Source of the DNA: Gammaproteobacteria bacterium
GTDB taxonomy: Bacteria; Pseudomonadota; Gammaproteobacteria; CBDBNL01; JAAOII01
Direction of reading: 5' to 3'
Length of the DNA stretch: 64,000 nt
NCBI GenBank assembly: GCA_965209035.1
Contig: OZ242372.1
Coordinates: forward strand, 1,408,001 to 1,472,000
Position 1 is the first letter of the stretch. Each line of letters starts with the position of its first letter. The position numbers and the translations under genes are program-made. Shown here in pieces: positions 9,184-19,782 of this stretch. The notes under the pieces were generated by a model that worked only from the letters and a program-made list of their open reading frames with translations, was not told the origin of the DNA and did no database searches.

Positions 9184-11820
9184 TTAGGGTGTTGTTCTGC
9201 CTTGGGATTCCGGGCCGCCGGGTGTGCAGTTCAGGACGGGGTATTCTGTGTCGCTGCCAAGATTCCAGACATACTCGGTAAAACGGCTATTCGCCGGTAT
9301 AGATCCATCGGCAGATTCCATTACATCGCCCGTGTCCGGATCACACACGAAATTACCCCAGGCCGCATAGATATTATCCGTGCCGGTAAAAGTGACGGGC
9401 GTTTGCAGTTCGCTTGTGGTTTTACCTTCGCCGCCGCTGCCCGCACTGTCAGACTGGCCTGTGGTGTCTGTGTCCCAATAAGAAGCACTTATATCACCGA
9501 ACTGGCCGTGGAATATCAATCCTATTAATCCGCCGATGCCGTTATCACCGGATAGGCTGTCAACAGCCGCATAAGAATACTCAATATTTGTGCCCGTGCC
9601 GGTTCCCGTTAGTCCGCCGATGGATCTGTTCGTGCCGGTAACACTGCCACCGGTCGTGTAAGAATGGCTAATCGTTGCGGTGCTGCCGCCTCCGATTAAT
9701 CCGCCGATTACGGAATCTCCGGTTACATTGCTATTGGTTACATAGGAATAACGAATGCCGGTTTCTGCGCCTTGTCCGACCAGACCGCCTACGGTGTGGG
9801 AAGATCCTTCTATGCTACTGGCGGCCACATAAGAATAACTAATTTTAGCATCCTGCCCGAAACCGACCAGACCGCCTAATGAGTCTTCGGTTCCTTCTAT
9901 GTTGCTATTGGCTACATAAGAACCACTAATCTTAACACCAGGTCCGTGTCCGACCAGCCCGCCCAAAACTCTGGTGCCGCTTACATTACTGTCTTTGACG
10001 ATGACTCCGATGATGGTCGCACTGGTGCCGGCAGCTCTGGTATCTCCGGTATCTCCGACGAGATCTCCCACACTGCGGCCTCCCGAGATCACTCCCGAAA
10101 CCAAAATATTTTCAAAACGGGCATTGGGGGCATAACCCGCTAACAAGCCCGCATCGTTGCTATTTTTGTCACTGATAGCGACATTCGCATCCTCCAGGCG
10201 CAAATTACGCGCTGTTCCGATGAGTGCGGCGAACAACCCAATTCCATTGACTCTTTCATTCCTCATGATATGCAGCCCGACAATACTATGGTTGTTGCCG
10301 TCCAGGATACCGGCATAGGATAACGGACATGTGCTATCGCCCGTACAAGAGCCGATCAGTTCCCAGCCATTGCCACTCGTCCAGACAGACATCTTGTCGC
10401 TGTCTGTGGCATAGGAATCCGCATCATTAAAATCGAGCGAGCGAGTCAATTCATAGCCGATACAGCCGCCGTCGTCATCGTTATCCGGGTCGTCCGGGCA
10501 ACCCATGGATCCCACGGATGTTATCTCGGCAATTCTGCTCTCATCCTCGCCATCGCCGTTCAGATCATCGCGCAGCCGTGCCAGATCGTCCAGAGTACGA
10601 ATCTCTATCAAGCCGTTATTGTCATCGTCCGCATCACAGGCATCGCCGACTTCGTCATCATCGTTATCATCTTGCCCCGCATTGGCAACCGCCCGACAAT
10701 TATCTATCCCGTTCGGCAGACTATCCCCATCATCATCAGCAGTCGGATCTATTTCGGTGGTGCCTTGAACCGGAGCAGCAACCACGGATGTGCCATCCTC
10801 ATAAAGCACCGTAATCGTAATCTCGTAGATGGTGTCATATTCCAGGTCCGCAATGGTATGCATCCTGTCGTCCGCATCAAGTACCATGACTCCGTTATCG
10901 CTTGCGTCTTCAATGGCGGTCCAATTGATACTGAGCCCGGTGATGTCATCCTGATCCGGATTGGTCCAACGCACGATAATTGTATTTCTGCTAGCGGTGG
11001 TTTGGATACCGAAAACAGACCGGTCTGCTTTTAAAGATGTCGTGCAACCTGCAATCAGACGATCCGGCATGCCATCTTCATCCGTGTCGGCACTCGCACA
11101 AGCATCCAGATGAAACGCATCTTCGCTATTCCCAACACCGTCATCATCAATGTCCGAGTCCGTACTGTCCGTTCCCGTCGTCCTTCGCACAGGTTCCGAA
11201 TCCACAGAATCGCCGTTCTCATAGATCACCGTAATCCTGATCTCGTAGTCTACGCCATTGGTTAGACCCTTAATGTTGTAGATCACCCGTTCGCCGGGCA
11301 GCAGCAAGCTACCGACGGGTGTACGCAGATCCGCATTGGTGGAATTAACTGAAATCATTTTAGGATCAGTCCGATTTACGGTATTGTTCGCAGCATTGAT
11401 CGAAGTAATGCTGAAACCGATGATATTCTCCCGGTTCGGATTGGTCCAACCCACCAGAATACTATTCTCACCGACTATGGTTTGGATCTTGGAAACAGCG
11501 CGGGGATCACCGCCGCCGGAACCGCCGCCGGAACCGCCACCACCACAGCCGGCAAGGACCAAAGCAAGCATGCCGGTCAGCAGAACGGCATAAAAACGAG
11601 CCGGCCAATGAGTCTGCCGAAAAGCGGCAAAGACTGTCGTTAGCGGCGATAATGTGGTAACCCACCCGGCAAACAACCGTAGCGACCGCCAAGCATTGAT
11701 TGGGCAAAAGATTAGAGGCATTGCATTGAAGTTATTAAAGGAGACACGCGAATTTCGGGCGTCTTTGCCGGCAGTGTATTTCTTGCACCGACCGAACAGG
11801 AAAAGGTATATCTTGTTCAT
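9184..11820 (-). CDS. Surface lipoprotein, FN3 x2 + TSP3 + GLUG repeats (family member 2)
   Basis: Same architecture and leader as member 1; lipobox VLAGC. Confidence 0.8.
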   Translation of the reverse strand: MNKIYLFLFGRCKKYTAGKDARNSRVSFNNFNAMPLIFCPINAWRSLRLFAGWVTTLSPLTTVFAAFRQTHWPARFYAVLLTGMLALVLAGCGGGGSGGGSGGGDPRAVSKIQTIVGENSILVGWTNPNRENIIGFSITSINAANNTVNRTDPKMISVNSTNADLRTPVGSLLLPGERVIYNIKGLTNGVDYEIRITVIYENGDSVDSEPVRRTTGTDSTDSDIDDDGVGNSEDAFHLDACASADTDEDGMPDRLIAGCTTSLKADRSVFGIQTTASRNTIIVRWTNPDQDDITGLSINWTAIEDASDNGVMVLDADDRMHTIADLEYDTIYEITITVLYEDGTSVVAAPVQGTTEIDPTADDDGDSLPNGIDNCRAVANAGQDDNDDDEVGDACDADDDNNGLIEIRTLDDLARLRDDLNGDGEDESRIAEITSVGSMGCPDDPDNDDDGGCIGYELTRSLDFNDADSYATDSDKMSVWTSGNGWELIGSCTGDSTCPLSYAGILDGNNHSIVGLHIMRNERVNGIGLFAALIGTARNLRLEDANVAISDKNSNDAGLLAGYAPNARFENILVSGVISGGRSVGDLVGDTGDTRAAGTSATIIGVIVKDSNVSGTRVLGGLVGHGPGVKISGSYVANSNIEGTEDSLGGLVGFGQDAKISYSYVAASSIEGSSHTVGGLVGQGAETGIRYSYVTNSNVTGDSVIGGLIGGGSTATISHSYTTGGSVTGTNRSIGGLTGTGTGTNIEYSYAAVDSLSGDNGIGGLIGLIFHGQFGDISASYWDTDTTGQSDSAGSGGEGKTTSELQTPVTFTGTDNIYAAWGNFVCDPDTGDVMESADGSIPANSRFTEYVWNLGSDTEYPVLNCTPGGPESQGRTTP

Positions 11821-11845
11821 GATTGTTTTTTATATTAATTATCTA

Positions 11846-12581
11846 GGGGCTAGACTAACTGAGAGGTAGAATATGAGCATAAATGCCAGTAAATACAAGG
11901 AAAAATCGGTATGTTTTTCGTTCCAGAATCTCGGAGCGGAAATTTCGGCAGTTGGTCAAGCTATTTGCACTGGATCTGGAGGCCAATAAGATAGCTATAC
12001 TGACTGGATTGAATCGTAATACGGTGAACAAATATTTGATGATGTTTCGGCAACGGTTAGCGGGGGCGTGTCGCTGTCAAAAAAAGTCTTGTGGAGAATT
12101 TGAAGTGGATGAGAGTTATTTTGGACCAAGGCGTATTCCCGGTCCTCGTGGTCGCGGTGCCGGCAACAAGACCATTGTCGTTGGTGTGCTCAAACGCGGT
12201 GGCAAAGTGTCTACGGAGATTGTGCCGGACTGCTCAAAAAGCCAGTTATTACGCGTGATTCGTGGTCGTATCGGTGAGGATAGTATCATCCACACGGATA
12301 GCTGGCCAGGTTATAATGGATTGATTGATATGGGTTATAAGAAACATTATCGGGTGCGTCATGGAGACCATGAGTTTGCTGTGGGAACGAATCACATCAA
12401 TGGGATAGAAAGTTTTTGGAGTTATACCAAGACGCGTCTGGCACGTTTGCATGGCTTACGCGCCGAATATTTTTTGTTGCACTTGAAAGAATGTGAGTTC
12501 CGTTTCAATCACCGGAACAAAAACTTCTATCAAGTCATGCTAAAATTGTTAAGAAAAAGACCTCTCAGTTAGTCTAGCCCC
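11846..12581 (+). mobile_element. IS1595-family insertion sequence, IS1016 group (736 bp)
   Basis: Perfect 22-bp terminal IRs GGGGCTAGACTAACTGAGAGGT (11846-11867, 12560-12581); 7-bp direct repeat TTATCTA (11839-11845, 12582-12588); single transposase. Confidence 0.95.
11883..12572 (+). CDS. IS1595-family (IS1016-type) DDE transposase
   Basis: EVDESYFG, RGRGAGNK, IHTDSW, HINGIESFWS, LKECEFRFN motifs. Confidence 0.95.
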   Translation: MPVNTRKNRYVFRSRISERKFRQLVKLFALDLEANKIAILTGLNRNTVNKYLMMFRQRLAGACRCQKKSCGEFEVDESYFGPRRIPGPRGRGAGNKTIVVGVLKRGGKVSTEIVPDCSKSQLLRVIRGRIGEDSIIHTDSWPGYNGLIDMGYKKHYRVRHGDHEFAVGTNHINGIESFWSYTKTRLARLHGLRAEYFLLHLKECEFRFNHRNKNFYQVMLKLLRKRPLS

Positions 12582-12793
12582 TTATCTATTATCATTTAAG
12601 GCATCATTCAATGTCTGTTATTATTATAACCTCAATTTTGAAAATGTTTCCAAAATGATGCACAAAATGACCCGGCTATTTTTAGCCCGCCCGCCTAGAT
12701 CCCAAAATACAACATTAAAAAATTACCGATTTTTTTGTAAAAACTGAACCGGCAAGAGCTGCCGGTTCTAACGGAAATCCCGCGTGATTGCCT

Positions 12794-15289
12794 TTATTGT
12801 CGCTGCTGGGCCGGGGTGAGGGGCATGCAGTTCAGGGCGGGATATTGGTCTGCCTCGCCGAGATCCCACAGGCGAATGTAGGGGACACCGGGGTCGGCGG
12901 CATCTGTGTTTTCCAGGATCTCGCCGCTTGCAGGATCACACCAAAAGTTGCCCCAGTCGGCATAGATGCCCGTGAAGGTGGTCGGGGTTTGCAGTGCGGC
13001 GGTGGTCCGGCCATCGCCGAAATCGCCGGCACTGGCCGCCTGCCCGGTGGTTTGATTGTCCCAATAGGAGGCGTTGATTGTTGCTGTGGACCGGAATAGA
13101 ATAAAGCCAATCAAGCCACCAGTGAAGTTATTACTGCCCGGGACAACAGTGCTATTGACCGACACAGTGCCATTGGCCGAGACAGTGATACTGGTCGAGA
13201 CAACGCCACTGGCCGAGACATTGCCACCGGCCGCATAAGCATAATAGATCTCAGGGTTCCTCCCCAAGCCGATCAGACCGCCGATTCTATTCTCACCGGA
13301 AACAGTTCCGCCGACCACATAGGAATGTCGAATCTCAGCACGAATCTCCTGTCCGCCGATCAGACCGCCCACATTAATGTCTTTACCGGCAACAGCGGTG
13401 TTGGAGACGGACACAGCCTGAATCTTAATATTCGGACTCCAGCCGACCAGACCACCGACATTACGATTGCCGGAAACAGCAACATCGGACACGGACACAG
13501 CGCGAATATTGGCATTTTCTCCCCGTCCGACCAAACCGCCGACATTACCATTGCCGAAAACAGCCAGATCGGAAACGGTGATAGCACGCATCATAGCATG
13601 CGTTCCATCGCCGAGCAGACCACCCACACTGAAACTCTTTGGACTCATCACTTGCCCGCCGGTAACCGACAGGTTTTTAAATGTGGCATTCTTGCCGTAG
13701 CCCGCCAGCAGGCCCACACCATTGGCACCGCCGTTAATAGTCGCATTCGCCAGATGCAGATTTTGGATCTGACCGGTTAACGCGGCAAACAACCCCACAC
13801 CATTGACGCTATTATTTGCCGAGATGAACAGATCGGCAAGAGTATAGCCCTTGCCATCAAACATAGCCGTCCAAGAGGTGCAATTATTATTATTAAAGCA
13901 GAAACCGATCGGCACCCAGCCGCGGCCATCGCGATTCGTCCAGTCGGCCATATTATCGCTGCCCTCGGCATAGGAAGCCGCATCGCTAAAATTGAGCGAG
14001 CGAGTCAATTCATAACCCACACAACCGGCAGCCGGGCAGCCGGCGGATCCAATGGCATCCGTCTCGGCAAACCTGCCATCATCTTCGCCATCGCCGTTCA
14101 GATCGTCGCGCAGCCGCGCCAGGTCATCCAGAGTACGAATCTCTATCAAGCCGTTATTATTATCGTCCGCATCACAGGCATCGCCGAATCCATCATCATC
14201 GTTATCATCTTGCCCCGCATTGGCAACCGCCCGACAATTATCTATCCCGTTCGGCAGACTATCCCCATCATCATCAGCATTCGGATCTATTGCGGTGCTG
14301 CCTTGAACCGGAGCCGAAACCACGGATGTGCCATCCGTATAAAACACCGTAATCGTGATCTCGTAGATGGTGTCATAATCCAGAGCCACAATGGTATGCA
14401 TCCTGTTGGCAAAAGACCTAATCATGTCGCCCGAATTAAATACGATTTCCCCGCTATCGCTTGCGTCTTCAATGGCGGTCCAATTGATACTGAGCCCGGT
14501 GATGTCATCTTGATCCGGATTGGTCCAACGCACGATAATTGTATTCCCGCTGGCGGTGGTTTGGATACCGAAAACAGACCGGTCTGCTTTTAAAGATGTC
14601 GTGCAACCTGCAATCAGACGATCCGGCATGCCATCTTCATCCGTGTCAGCACTCGCACAGGGATCCAGACGAAACGCATCTTCGCTATTCCCAACACCGT
14701 CATCATCAATGTCCGAGTCCGTACTGTCCGTTCCCGTCGTCCTTCGCACAGGTTCCGAACCCACAGAATCGCCATTCTCATAGATCACCACAATCTCGAT
14801 CTCATAGCCGACGCCATTGGTTAGACCCTTAATGTTGTAGATCACCCGTGCCTTGGGCAGCAGCAAACTACCGCCGGGTGTACGCAGATTCGCATCGGTG
14901 GAATTGAGTGAAATGGTTGTGATACCGCTCCCATTTGTGATTGCGGTATTCATCCAAGTGATATTCAACCCGATAATGTTCTCCTGATCCGGGTTAGTCC
15001 AACCCACCAGAATACTATTCTCACCGACTATGGTTTGGATCTTGGAAACAGCCCGGGGATCACCGCCGCCACCGCCGCCGGAACCGCCACCACCACAACC
15101 GGCAATGACCAAAGCAAGCATGCCGGTTAGCAGAACGGCATAAAAACGAGCCGGCCAATGAGTCTGCCGAAAAGAGGCAAAGACTGTCGTTAGCGGCGAT
15201 AATGTAGTAACCCACCCGGCAAACAACCGTAGCGACCGCCAAGCATTGATTGGGCAAAAGATTAGGGAATTATATGCTTTGTGACCCAT
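12794..15289 (-). CDS. Surface lipoprotein, FN3 x2 + TSP3 + GLUG repeats (family member 3; leader truncated)
   Basis: N-terminal half near-identical to member 2; lipobox VIAGC; C-terminal WDLG..QYPALNC. Confidence 0.8.
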   Translation of the reverse strand: MGHKAYNSLIFCPINAWRSLRLFAGWVTTLSPLTTVFASFRQTHWPARFYAVLLTGMLALVIAGCGGGGSGGGGGGDPRAVSKIQTIVGENSILVGWTNPDQENIIGLNITWMNTAITNGSGITTISLNSTDANLRTPGGSLLLPKARVIYNIKGLTNGVGYEIEIVVIYENGDSVGSEPVRRTTGTDSTDSDIDDDGVGNSEDAFRLDPCASADTDEDGMPDRLIAGCTTSLKADRSVFGIQTTASGNTIIVRWTNPDQDDITGLSINWTAIEDASDSGEIVFNSGDMIRSFANRMHTIVALDYDTIYEITITVFYTDGTSVVSAPVQGSTAIDPNADDDGDSLPNGIDNCRAVANAGQDDNDDDGFGDACDADDNNNGLIEIRTLDDLARLRDDLNGDGEDDGRFAETDAIGSAGCPAAGCVGYELTRSLNFSDAASYAEGSDNMADWTNRDGRGWVPIGFCFNNNNCTSWTAMFDGKGYTLADLFISANNSVNGVGLFAALTGQIQNLHLANATINGGANGVGLLAGYGKNATFKNLSVTGGQVMSPKSFSVGGLLGDGTHAMMRAITVSDLAVFGNGNVGGLVGRGENANIRAVSVSDVAVSGNRNVGGLVGWSPNIKIQAVSVSNTAVAGKDINVGGLIGGQEIRAEIRHSYVVGGTVSGENRIGGLIGLGRNPEIYYAYAAGGNVSASGVVSTSITVSANGTVSVNSTVVPGSNNFTGGLIGFILFRSTATINASYWDNQTTGQAASAGDFGDGRTTAALQTPTTFTGIYADWGNFWCDPASGEILENTDAADPGVPYIRLWDLGEADQYPALNCMPLTPAQQRQ

Positions 15290-15489
15290 AAAAAATAAGT
15301 ATTATTATTATCTCATTAAATGAGAGTTGAGGAGTAAAATATGAGCATAAATACAAGAAAAAAGAGGGTTATTTTCTGTTCACGACCTTCAGAATGGAAG
15401 TTTTGGCAGATCCCCAGGCTGTTTGCAATGCATCTTGAGGTAAATGGCAAATTTTTTGAAGCCCATAGGTTGTCAAGTGTATAATTCCC
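15265..15489. mobile_element. Degenerate IS1595-family MITE-like element containing a transposase remnant
   Basis: Imperfect IRs GGGAATTATA...ACC at both ends; 15341-15484 translates MSINTRKKRVIFCSRPSEWKFWQIPRLFAMHLEVN, homologous to the N-terminus of the transposase at 11883; no TSD seen. Confidence 0.6.
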
Positions 15490-15796
15490 CAATTTTAGAC
15501 CAAAAAGTGTAAATTTCACACAATTAAAGGATATAACAACCTTAAAACCAATTATAATAGTATTCCGTAGACGCTTTGGTAGAGAGCATAAACGGGAGCC
15601 GGAACATATTTTGTATGACCTTTTTTTTAGTTTTGTTGTTGATTATCGGCTCAGAGTTATTCGGTTCAAACCGCCGGGCGATGATGAAACGATGAAGGAA
15701 TGTTGTTGATATTGTTTGGTATTTATTAAGGCGCCTCATATTTTTAAGTAGATTATTTGTATTGACATACAAGACATAAGCAAGATAAAAAGAAAA

Positions 15797-17209
15797 ATGA
15801 CAGAAAATGCAATTAAACTGATCAGAGATCACAAAGCAAAATGGGTAGCCCTGCGTTTTGCGGATTTGCGCGGCAAAGAGCATCATATTGCGGTGCCGGC
15901 AAGCAAAGTGGACGCGGAATTTTTCAAAACCGGCAAGGCTTTTGACGGCTCTTCCATCGTCGGCTGGAAAACTATAGACGATTCGGATATGCTACTCATC
16001 CCGGAGCCGGATTCGGCGGTACCGGATCCGTTTCGCGAACAACCCTCGGTGATTCTGCACTGCGATGTGGTGGAACCCGGCACCGGCGAACCCTACTCTC
16101 GGGACCCGCGCGGCCTGTGTAAGCGGGCCGAGGCCTATTTGCGCTCCACGGGTATAGGGGATCTGGCAATATTTAGCCCGGAACCCGAGTTTTTTGTGTT
16201 TGACGATGTTCGCTGGAAGGTGGATATTAATGGCGCTTTTTACGAAGTGGACAGTGAGGAAGGCGCTTGGAACAGTGACGCCGATTACGAACAGGGTAAT
16301 ATGGGACACAGACCCGGCGTGAAGGGCGGGTATTTCCCGGTGCCGCCGGTGGATTCGGCAATGGATATGCGCGTTGCCATGGCACAGGCGATGGAAGATA
16401 TGGGGCTGGATGTGGAGGCGCATCATCACGAAGTTGGCACCGCCAACCAGAATGAAATCGGCACTTCCGCCAATAGTATGTGCAAGAAGGCGGATGAGGT
16501 CTTGATATTTAAGTATTGCGTCCATAATGTTGCCCATACCTACGGCAAAACGGCAACCTTCATGCCGAAGCCGATTGTGGGCGACAACGGCAGCGGTATG
16601 CATTGTCACCAGTCTATTATGAAGAAGGGCAAGAATGTGTTTTCCGGCAACAAGTATGCGCATCTTTCCGATATCGCGCTTTACTATGTCGGCGGCCTTT
16701 TGAAGCATGCCCGGGCTTTGAATGCCTTCACCAACGCCTCAACCAATTCTTACAAGCGACTGGTGCCCGGTTTTGAAGCCCCCACTATTTTGGTTTACTC
16801 CGCCAAGAACAGGTCGGCCGCCATCCGCATTCCGTTTTCCGATATTTCCAAGGTAAAGGAAAGACGCATTGAGACGCGTTTTCCGGATGCTTGCGGCAGT
16901 CCTTATCTGATGTTTGCCGCCCAGTTAATGGCGGGGTTGGACGGTATTAAGAATAAGATTGAGCCGGGTAACCCGGTTGACAAGGATCTGTATGAGATAT
17001 CCGCGGAAGAAGACAAGAAGTATAACCATGTCTGCGCCAGTTTGGGTGAGGCGATTGATGCCTTGAACAAGGATCGCGCTTTTCTGAAAGAAGGCGGTGT
17101 CTTTTCGGACGAGATTATAGATGCTTATATCTCTCTTAAGCAGGAGGAATTAATGCGTTTTCGGGCGACCACACATCCGGTGGAGTTGGATATGTATTAC
17201 AGTTTGTAA
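15797..17209 (+). CDS. glnA: Glutamine synthetase type I
   Basis: [48 protein letters not shown]; ends DMYYSL. Confidence 0.98.
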   Translation: MTENAIKLIRDHKAKWVALRFADLRGKEHHIAVPASKVDAEFFKTGKAFDGSSIVGWKTIDDSDMLLIPEPDSAVPDPFREQPSVILHCDVVEPGTGEPYSRDPRGLCKRAEAYLRSTGIGDLAIFSPEPEFFVFDDVRWKVDINGAFYEVDSEEGAWNSDADYEQGNMGHRPGVKGGYFPVPPVDSAMDMRVAMAQAMEDMGLDVEAHHHEVGTANQNEIGTSANSMCKKADEVLIFKYCVHNVAHTYGKTATFMPKPIVGDNGSGMHCHQSIMKKGKNVFSGNKYAHLSDIALYYVGGLLKHARALNAFTNASTNSYKRLVPGFEAPTILVYSAKNRSAAIRIPFSDISKVKERRIETRFPDACGSPYLMFAAQLMAGLDGIKNKIEPGNPVDKDLYEISAEEDKKYNHVCASLGEAIDALNKDRAFLKEGGVFSDEIIDAYISLKQEELMRFRATTHPVELDMYYSL

Positions 17210-17283
17210 TCTGTTGTCGCCGTCTTTTACCCGTATCGCCGTTTTTCCCGGTCAATTCGTTGTATCATATGCGGACAGATTGA

Positions 17284-17356
<73 letters not shown>

Positions 17357-17408
17357 TTTTAATTTGTTTATAATTATTAAAGAAAACATTAAAAAACTAA
17401 AACTAAAA

Positions 17409-18173
17409 ATGAAAAAAGTAATTGTTCTTATTTGGGGTTTTTTGGCATTTTTGGCCTTTTTGGCCTTAGTTTCTTGCACAAGATCCTGGGTGCCAGGGGC
17501 CGATAATGACAAAACCCTGACAAATCAAAGTGCCGGTGGCGCGCTTTTGTTTACCGGTATCACCGAAGAAGCCGATCTCGCGGACGAGCAAGAGAGGTTG
17601 AGTTATGCTCTCGGTGCCTATTTTGGCACGCAACTGGCATTGTTTGATGAATTGGATTTTTCCATTTTTCTTGCCGGGCTGAAACATTCCTATAATGATC
17701 AGGGTGAAGCTATCTTGGATGAGCAGCAAATCAGCCAGATCATCATTACCGGACAACAACGGGCGATTTCCCAAGCCGGTGAGAATGCTCTGAAAGAGGG
17801 GGGGGACTTTTTGGAAACAAACGCCCGCCGAGACGGTGTGACCTCGTTGGACAACGGTATCCAATACCGAATTCTGACCGAAAGCACCGGAGCCAAACCG
17901 AAACCTACCGATACGATTGAAGTCCATTATGAGGGCACTCTGGTGAGCGGGGAGGTCTTTGACAGCTCCTATCAACGCAACGAAACAGCGGTGTTCCCGC
18001 TGCAGGGAGTGATCCAAGGTTGGCAAGAGATCTTGCCGTTGATGCCGGTTGGCTCTGTTTGGGAAGTGATCATTCCGCCGGCACTTGCCTATGGCGAGCA
18101 AGGATCCGGTCGTATCGGGCCGAATGCCGTATTGATATTCAAAATAGAACTGGTCGCTATTGTCACAGAATAG
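17409..18173 (+). CDS. FKBP-type peptidyl-prolyl isomerase (FkpA/Mip-like), probable lipoprotein
   Basis: LSYALG N-domain; VHYEGTL..GEVFDSSY, VIQGWQE, IPPALAYG; lipobox LVSC. Confidence 0.93.
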   Translation: MKKVIVLIWGFLAFLAFLALVSCTRSWVPGADNDKTLTNQSAGGALLFTGITEEADLADEQERLSYALGAYFGTQLALFDELDFSIFLAGLKHSYNDQGEAILDEQQISQIIITGQQRAISQAGENALKEGGDFLETNARRDGVTSLDNGIQYRILTESTGAKPKPTDTIEVHYEGTLVSGEVFDSSYQRNETAVFPLQGVIQGWQEILPLMPVGSVWEVIIPPALAYGEQGSGRIGPNAVLIFKIELVAIVTE

Positions 18174-18190
18174 GCACAAACGGATCGCCA

Positions 18191-19099
18191 ATGGGGGAAA
18201 CGAGTTTTCGCACCGAGATACCGGCTTATCGGAACAGAGAACGGGAAGGATTCGTTTTTTCTTCGTTCGTATCCGTTCTGATGCATCTGGTGATCATTTT
18301 GGGTGTTTCTTTTTTCTCTCCCCAAACGGTGCGGAGCATTACCGTGGATCTGGTGCCGGTGCATGATCCTTCCAAAGAAACGCCGCATGCAAGCGAGTAT
18401 GAATCCTATGCCGATCAGCGCGGCAGCGGCGTGCAAACAGAGAACCGGCCGGCAAGGGTTCCGCTGATGCCTTTGGTGGTGCGGCACGAACTTCTTCCGC
18501 AGAGTCGCCTGGTATCCGGTCGTCCGGATTCGGCAAGAGACCCCGGCAACTCGCCGGGGGTGCGTGCGGACGAACTTCGCTCCGTAGCCGGTCCGCCAAC
18601 TTACGATACGGGCGCTCGCGGCGCCGAGGCACAGAGTCAATCAGTGAACACGGCACGCGACAGTCTGGAAGCGGAAATCATTGGTTTGGAAAGTTACCTG
18701 GGTACTCTGGAGGAACAGTATGCGCGGCGGCCGCGTATCAAGCGATATACTTCCATTGCCGCTCGCGGTTCGCCGGCGGCAGCCTACATTCATAATTGGG
18801 TCAAGCGCGTGGAGCGAGTGGGTAACTTGAATTATCCGCGTCAGGCTGTGCAACAAAAACTAAACGGTGACTTACGGTTGCTGGTGGTATTAAATGCACT
18901 GGGCGAAACCGCGGCGGTGCGTATTTTGGAGACTTCCGGGCATCCGGAATTGGATGATGCGGCACTGCGCATTGTTCGGCTTGCCGAGCCGTTTGGCGAG
19001 TTTCCGACGGAGTTGCGGGATGAGGCGGATGTGATCGAGATCATTCGTACCTGGCGTTTCGTTTCGGAATACGAGGGAGGGCGTTTGGAATTTGAATGA
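18191..19099 (+). CDS. TonB-family energy transducer protein
   Basis: N-terminal TM with SVLMH; C-terminal WVKRVERVGNLNYP...SGHPELDDAALRIVRLAEPF...IIRTWRF. Confidence 0.85.
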   Translation: MGETSFRTEIPAYRNREREGFVFSSFVSVLMHLVIILGVSFFSPQTVRSITVDLVPVHDPSKETPHASEYESYADQRGSGVQTENRPARVPLMPLVVRHELLPQSRLVSGRPDSARDPGNSPGVRADELRSVAGPPTYDTGARGAEAQSQSVNTARDSLEAEIIGLESYLGTLEEQYARRPRIKRYTSIAARGSPAAAYIHNWVKRVERVGNLNYPRQAVQQKLNGDLRLLVVLNALGETAAVRILETSGHPELDDAALRIVRLAEPFGEFPTELRDEADVIEIIRTWRFVSEYEGGRLEFE

Positions 19100-19159
19100 G
19101 AGTTCTTCCGCGGCCGCGCAGCGCGTGCCGCAGCATCCAATAAGGATATCTCCTCATCT

Positions 19160-19738
19160 ATGATGATGCCCGATAACCCGTCCGGTTATGACGGGTTGGC
19201 CGCAATGACCGGCCGCTTTGGGCTGACACCGACCGAATTGGATGCGTTGAGTTGGGGGCGTGTGGTTGGCGGGCCGTCGTTTGAAGACGAAAGGCAACTC
19301 TTGGAGCATTTTGTAACTCGGGATCTGCCGGACGATGAACTTTGCCAGTTGTTTGACGAACGACTGGAGGCGAACCGAGCGGGTTTGCAGCTGGACGAGG
19401 TGCGTTTTCTTCTACCCGATGACGATGCTCCTATGGAAAAACGACTGGACGCAATTTCGGTTTGGTGTCAGACTTTCTTGGCATCGTTGGGGTTTAGTAA
19501 GTATCTGAAAGACGAAGATACGGCGTTCAAGATATCCGCGTTGCTTGCCGACTGTCGGTCGATCGGCGCTTTGGACCCTCAAAGTTATCGCGATTACGGC
19601 ACTTTGGAAGAGGCGGAAACGGGCTGGGCGGAGATTCATGAATTCTTGCGAGTGAACATCATGCTGCTGTATGCCGAATTGGCGGCACAGGATCAAGCCG
19701 ATGACGGCGGCGATGACAATGAATTGCCCGCGGAATGA
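19160..19738 (+). CDS. UPF0149 (YgfB/YecA)-family protein
   Basis: LLPDDDAP...RLDAISVWCQTFLASLG and EIHEFLRV..MLLY patterns. Confidence 0.75.
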   Translation: MMMPDNPSGYDGLAAMTGRFGLTPTELDALSWGRVVGGPSFEDERQLLEHFVTRDLPDDELCQLFDERLEANRAGLQLDEVRFLLPDDDAPMEKRLDAISVWCQTFLASLGFSKYLKDEDTAFKISALLADCRSIGALDPQSYRDYGTLEEAETGWAEIHEFLRVNIMLLYAELAAQDQADDGGDDNELPAE

Positions 19739-19782
19739 CTAAGCAATTATTATTAAAAATCTATTAATAAAAAACAAGAAAG

